In this document: piece after piece, positions 59,560 through 64,000 of the stretch
How positions within the stretch are numbered: position 1 is the first letter of the stretch
Layout: every line of letters starts with the position of its first letter
From: Coniocarpon cinnabarinum
Taxonomy: Eukaryota
DNA length: 64,000 bases
Assembly: GCA_051942205.1 (NCBI GenBank)
Contig: JAVECO010000075.1
Location: 1-64,000, forward strand
Direction: 5' to 3'
The notes under the pieces: model-generated
Seen by the model: the letters and a program-made list of their open reading frames with translations, nothing else
What the model was told of the DNA's origin: nothing
The model's database searches: none
Made by a program: the position numbers and the translations under genes

Positions 59560-60450
59560 ATGGCTATCACGTATGTCGGCCATCGTATGCACGTGTATAC
59601 TTGTGTGCAACATGTGCTAATCGCTTCTGCAGTTACCTGATCTTGCTCTCCCGTCAAGGCAAAGTTGTATGCCACTCTCAAAATCTCCACCGCACGTTGA
59701 GTACGGTGCTAAGACCGTGCTTTAGCGTCTAGCAAAGTGGTTCACCACCCTCGCACCCAAGGAAAAAGCAAAGATCGTCAAAGATGTTACTCAGCTTGTT
59801 CTCGCACGGCGTACTCGCATGTGTAATTTTCTCGAATACAAAGGTTCGCCTCTGCGTCGTCACCGACTTCTTTTCAAAATTCTTACTGGAGCTGACCTCA
59901 CCCACTCTTTTTTCTGCAGACTCCAAAATTGTTTACCGCCGCTATGCTTCTCTCTTCTTCATCGCCGGCTGCTCGTCAACCGATAATGAGCTCATCACTC
60001 TGGAGATCGTGCATCGCTACGTTGAACAGATGGACAAGTATTATGGCAACGTCTGCGAGCTCGACATTATTTTCAACTTCCAGAAGGCATACTTCATTCT
60101 CGATGAACTTCTTCTCGCAGGGGAAATGCAAGAGTCAAGCAAGAAAAATGTCCTGAGATCTATCAGCCAGCAAGACAATCTCGAAGATATGGAGGTAAGA
60201 CTGTTCCCTTTCATCGTACATGCTTCATTGAGCTTTTGCGCCATTGTTAATTTGCCTCCACTGCCCTTATGCTACTATGCCTTCATGCCCTCATGCTCAG
60301 TCCGGTGACGCATCAAACACTGTATGGCCTGGGCGTCTCCCAGAGCAACACCTGCTTCTTGATCCTGCTCTATATTTGCTTTTCGTTGCGTGTACTGATA
60401 AGACTATGTTGCTTTAGGTAGAAGATGACAGTGTTACTCGGATAGGTTGA
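59560..60450 (+). CDS. APS1: AP-1 adaptor complex sigma subunit (5 exons; alternative last exon to 60523)
   Basis: Spliced [21 protein letters not shown]...[22 protein letters not shown]...[14 protein letters not shown]...[11 protein letters not shown]. Confidence 0.93.
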
Positions 60451-61342
60451 TCTGGACTAACGCTTCGTGGCGTAGCAAGATGAGATTATTGTTCAACAGC
60501 TTCGTGACAACGGACTTGCTTAGTGCCTGGCGAACAACCCGACTGCAAGCTGGAATTGGCGCAGGTGGTTGCGATCAGGGCTCATCTTGGCGACTTAGCC
60601 AGCTTGCAAAGCTCATAGTCACGACTGCCTGGGGAACATACCAGCCATGGACTCGACCGCTTACCTGCATCTAGTGGGTGTAGTCATCAGAATGCGGCTC
60701 TAGGAGAGTGCGAGAATTCGTCGGACCAACATCAGTCATTCCCCAGACCGGCAAACAGGTGTGCGTTCCGCGATGCAGCCTCAGTGCTGCTTAAACGCTT
60801 GTTCTGCCAAACGGATCTTGGCGGTTCGTTTGCAGCGGCGACTGAACCCGTTCCAGAGACCACAAGGACACGGGCATACAAGATTTTTGAATGGTTTCGC
60901 GCTCTCGACTATGTTTGACTTCAAAGTTATTCATCTGGTTTGAGCTCGAGGCGCCATGATGGTTACCAGGCAATCACAGGTCACATGACTTGTACACGAG
61001 CTCTGATTGGCTGATACGCGACTTGGCATGGCTTCGGTCGCGACTTAATTACTTGCTCCGCAACCGCAAGTATCTCACCTTCGCGCTCATTCTATTTCAC
61101 GTCAGTGATCGCTTCATCAAAACGACAGTCGGTCGGACACCTATGGACCTCAGTTGCTAGGCCAACGTGCCTGGCTTGCTCATTTGAGGGTGTTCGCTCC
61201 TTGCAGCCAGCTTGGAGTGAGCGCTGCCTCTTGACAAGCTTGTGCAGTCGATATTCTGTTAATTGACCAAACGGTCGAGTTTGCGCGCGTTGGCATCTTT
61301 TCTCATTCGGAATCCGAGACAATTCCCTAGACGGTCGACGAG

Positions 61343-62540
61343 ATGAAGGTATGTGTAGCAAGCTTCCGTAACCTTGGTCTTCTCCAGGTCTTGGGCTGAC
61401 ATTCGGCGTACAGTATCTGGCATCGCGTGAACTCGAGGGTGTCACATCTGCTCTTAACTTCGACACGAACGAGTGCCATGTCTCTGGGGCTTGTGATCTA
61501 TACATCACCAAAGCTGCTAGCCGCGATAAGAAACTCTACAGAGACATCGAGACCACCCTAGAGAATCAACACTCAAGTCTCGTCCGTTTCTCAAAATCAC
61601 TGTCACCTCCGCATCGCGAGCTGCTTCATTTGCATATTTCAAATACCTCCCCATTTGGACCGATGGACAAAAACAGCAGCCGTCGCGCGTTCGCGTACTT
61701 AATTGCTACGATGAACGCAAGTCATACGGACTACGACTTTACGGACATTACAAAACCGTCCGACTTTCGTCAAGAACGCAATCTGTCGTCTGTCATGAAC
61801 GTCATCAATGAGACGATGTACAATCTTCGTCCGCGCACGAAAAGTCAGCTCCTGGCTCCCCCGCTTCGCGATGCCAATGGTCCTAATACGCCTGGAGGAT
61901 CTCACGCCTGGAATCAGCGTTGCTGGAAGTCAATTGATAAAGAGATGACGTTGAAAGAATGCGAAGTTTACAAGTATGCTCCGGAGGAGGATCCTTTTGA
62001 CGGCGATGACAGTGCAATCTGGAGTCATCACTATTTCTTCTTCAACCGCCATCGTAAGCGCGTTTTGTATCTTTTCGTCCGTGGGTTGAGTATTCTCAGC
62101 CACAGTCCCTCCCAGATCACCACGGCTGTGCGAATTCCTGTCAAACGAGCCCGTCCGACCTCATCCTATAGCCTTTCCTATCCGGACGCTGGGGCCAGCA
62201 AACGTGCCAAGTACTGGCTAGGGGATCGCGCTACTGATGTCGAGGACGGCTGGACATACCACGATGACGATGACGTGATTGAGGATCCCGGCGATGACGA
62301 AGTTGATGTCGACGAATGGCTGGAAAGCGAACCGTACGATGCTTACACGGAGACCGATGATGACGAGATTGAGGCCTGTCTCCGAGGCAAAAACTCATGC
62401 CAAGGTATGCGATAGCAGCTTTTCGATTGCTCCCGAGACAAGCCATCTCTTCTCCGCATTCAGCGGTCACGCCAGGCCTTCACTGACAAACATTGCAATC
62501 AGGCATGGATGAACATCTTGTCGAGACCATGGACCCTTGA
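61343..62540 (+). CDS. MAF1: RNA polymerase III repressor Maf1 (3 exons)
   Basis: MK|YL, GACDLYITK...DKKLY, SPFGP, FAYLIATMNASH.DYDF, IWSHHYFFFNRHRKRV, acidic tail. Confidence 0.93.
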
Positions 62541-63183
62541 TTTCGGCAAATTCCAAGCAAACGAGCAACTCGTGCGCCCTCTCTCTGAAACTGTCTCAAC
62601 ACTACTTTTGTATGATCACGATACCCAACGATGTATAACAGCGAAGCATGCGTGGAGTTGGTGGATTTCGCAGTTCGTATACTGCATGCCATTGCCAGGC
62701 TGGGCGCGAATGGACTGTAATGCATTATGCACAATCGCAATGAGTGGAGTCATTGAAGGATGGGAAAATGCAAGGTTCATGCAATTGTAGTGATAGCAAG
62801 CCCGTTCACGTTGTCGGCCTAGCTGTAATAACGAGCAGGCTGCGACCGAAGAGGCGCTCCTTCTTTGCGTGCGCCAGTGTTGAACACGTCTGCTACCTGC
62901 TGGATGCCAGAGCTCTAATGTGACAACGTACTCGTACACTTAAAGATGCAGCACATGGAGCAGTATACTCTGTACCTATTTGTGAACTGCCCTAGCTATG
63001 GTGTGGCTCTCGTGCCGAGGACAGCCTTTTTGCAACCAGACTTCACTACTGTTCCCTTTCTTTCCCATTCATTCATGTTTGCGTCCTGCGAAGGAACTTC
63101 AAATGTGCCCATGACCTGTGATGGATGGGTAGCCGCTGTCCATCGGTGCATATCTTACCAGCGCAGCCTTCAATGACACAAAC

Positions 63184-64000
63184 ATGAATGGCTTCGCCCA
63201 CGCTCACCTTGAGCCGGATAACTTTGGACCCTCGGCCAACAGCACTCTAAAGTCGTTCGACGCCTTTCCCAAAACCAAGCAAACCTACCTCACTCGCGCC
63301 TCCAAGAATGGCGGCATATACACAGGGCTCCTGGTACTTTTTTGCGCATGGCTTACATCCACCGAGGTGACGAGATGGTTTAGGGGTACCACAAGCCATG
63401 CGTTTTCGGTGGAGCGTGGTGTGGGTCATGAGTTGAATATCAATCTGGATGTTGTGGTCCAAATGCATTGCGAAGATTTGCATATTAACGTCCAAGATGC
63501 TTCCGGCGACAGAATCATGGCTGGCGAGACGCTGCATAAAGACCCCACGTTATGGACAACCTGGACGACAGAAGCCGGTCGGAGGTCTATCAACAAGAAT
63601 TGGGGCGTGAGTGGCAGCAATCATGGCGCACGGGAGGAGGGAGGATCTGCGCAACAGGAGATGGCGCAATACAGGAGGGAGGAGGATGTTCATGACTACC
63701 TTGCGGCAGCGAGGGGCAAGAAGAGGTTTGTGGCTACCCCAAAACTCGGGAGAAACGTACAAGGAGACTCGTGTCGCATCTTTGGGACCCTGGAGGGGAA
63801 CAAAGTTCAAGGCGATTTCCACATCACGGCTAGAGGCCACGGATATGCGGAGATCGGCCAGCATTTGGATCATGAGAGTGAGTGTCCTTTCTTACAGATG
63901 TGCTCCTGTGGCAGCACTGACGTGGTTTTGGTACAGAATTCAACTTCTCCCACCACATCAATGAGCTCTCTTTTGGACCATTTTACCCCACACTTTTAAA
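63184..64000 (+). CDS. ERV41: ER-Golgi cargo receptor Erv41 (ERGIC family), 3' end truncated by the window
   Basis: FDAFPKTK, TM helix, LNINLDVVVQMHC, DSCRIFG, NKVQGDFHITARGHGY, an intron, then FNFSHHINELSFG. Confidence 0.88.

Overview
This is a gene-dense (~35 genes), intron-containing window from a filamentous ascomycete (Pezizomycotina-type gene models, mostly 50-70 nt introns with CTRAC branch points). All annotations come from manual motif recognition and manual splicing, with no database searches. The window opens with an AT-rich tract carrying a strong RIP signature (1-~600). Next to it lies a five-gene sugar/polyol oxidoreductase cluster (796-8957): a Gfo/Idh/MocA inositol-dehydrogenase-like enzyme, a Zn-MDR polyol/idonate dehydrogenase, a KduD/IdnO-like SDR, a GAR1-like uronate reductase and myo-inositol oxygenase. 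It looks like a myo-inositol/D-glucuronate catabolic cluster. The rest is mostly housekeeping: RIC8, YSC84, asparaginase, DUG2, FMN1, ArfGAP, SNARE, DBF4, ICP55, class III sirtuin, GLO1, photolyase-like, KCH1-like, PEPCK, MFS, hexose-6-P epimerase, BCKDH E1-beta, PRP46, ORC1, BUD32, GCLM, AP-1 sigma, MAF1 and ERV41, plus two orphan ORFs. Other notable signals are a TGA-CTA-G readthrough giving a cryptic peroxisomal SRL tail on the hexose-6-P epimerase, a photolyase homologue lacking key CPD-pocket/triad tryptophans, and two alternative last exons in AP-1 sigma. There is also a tandem CATTCC (TEA/AbaA-type) array, MCB clusters at ORC1 and DBF4, and several non-canonical splice sites.
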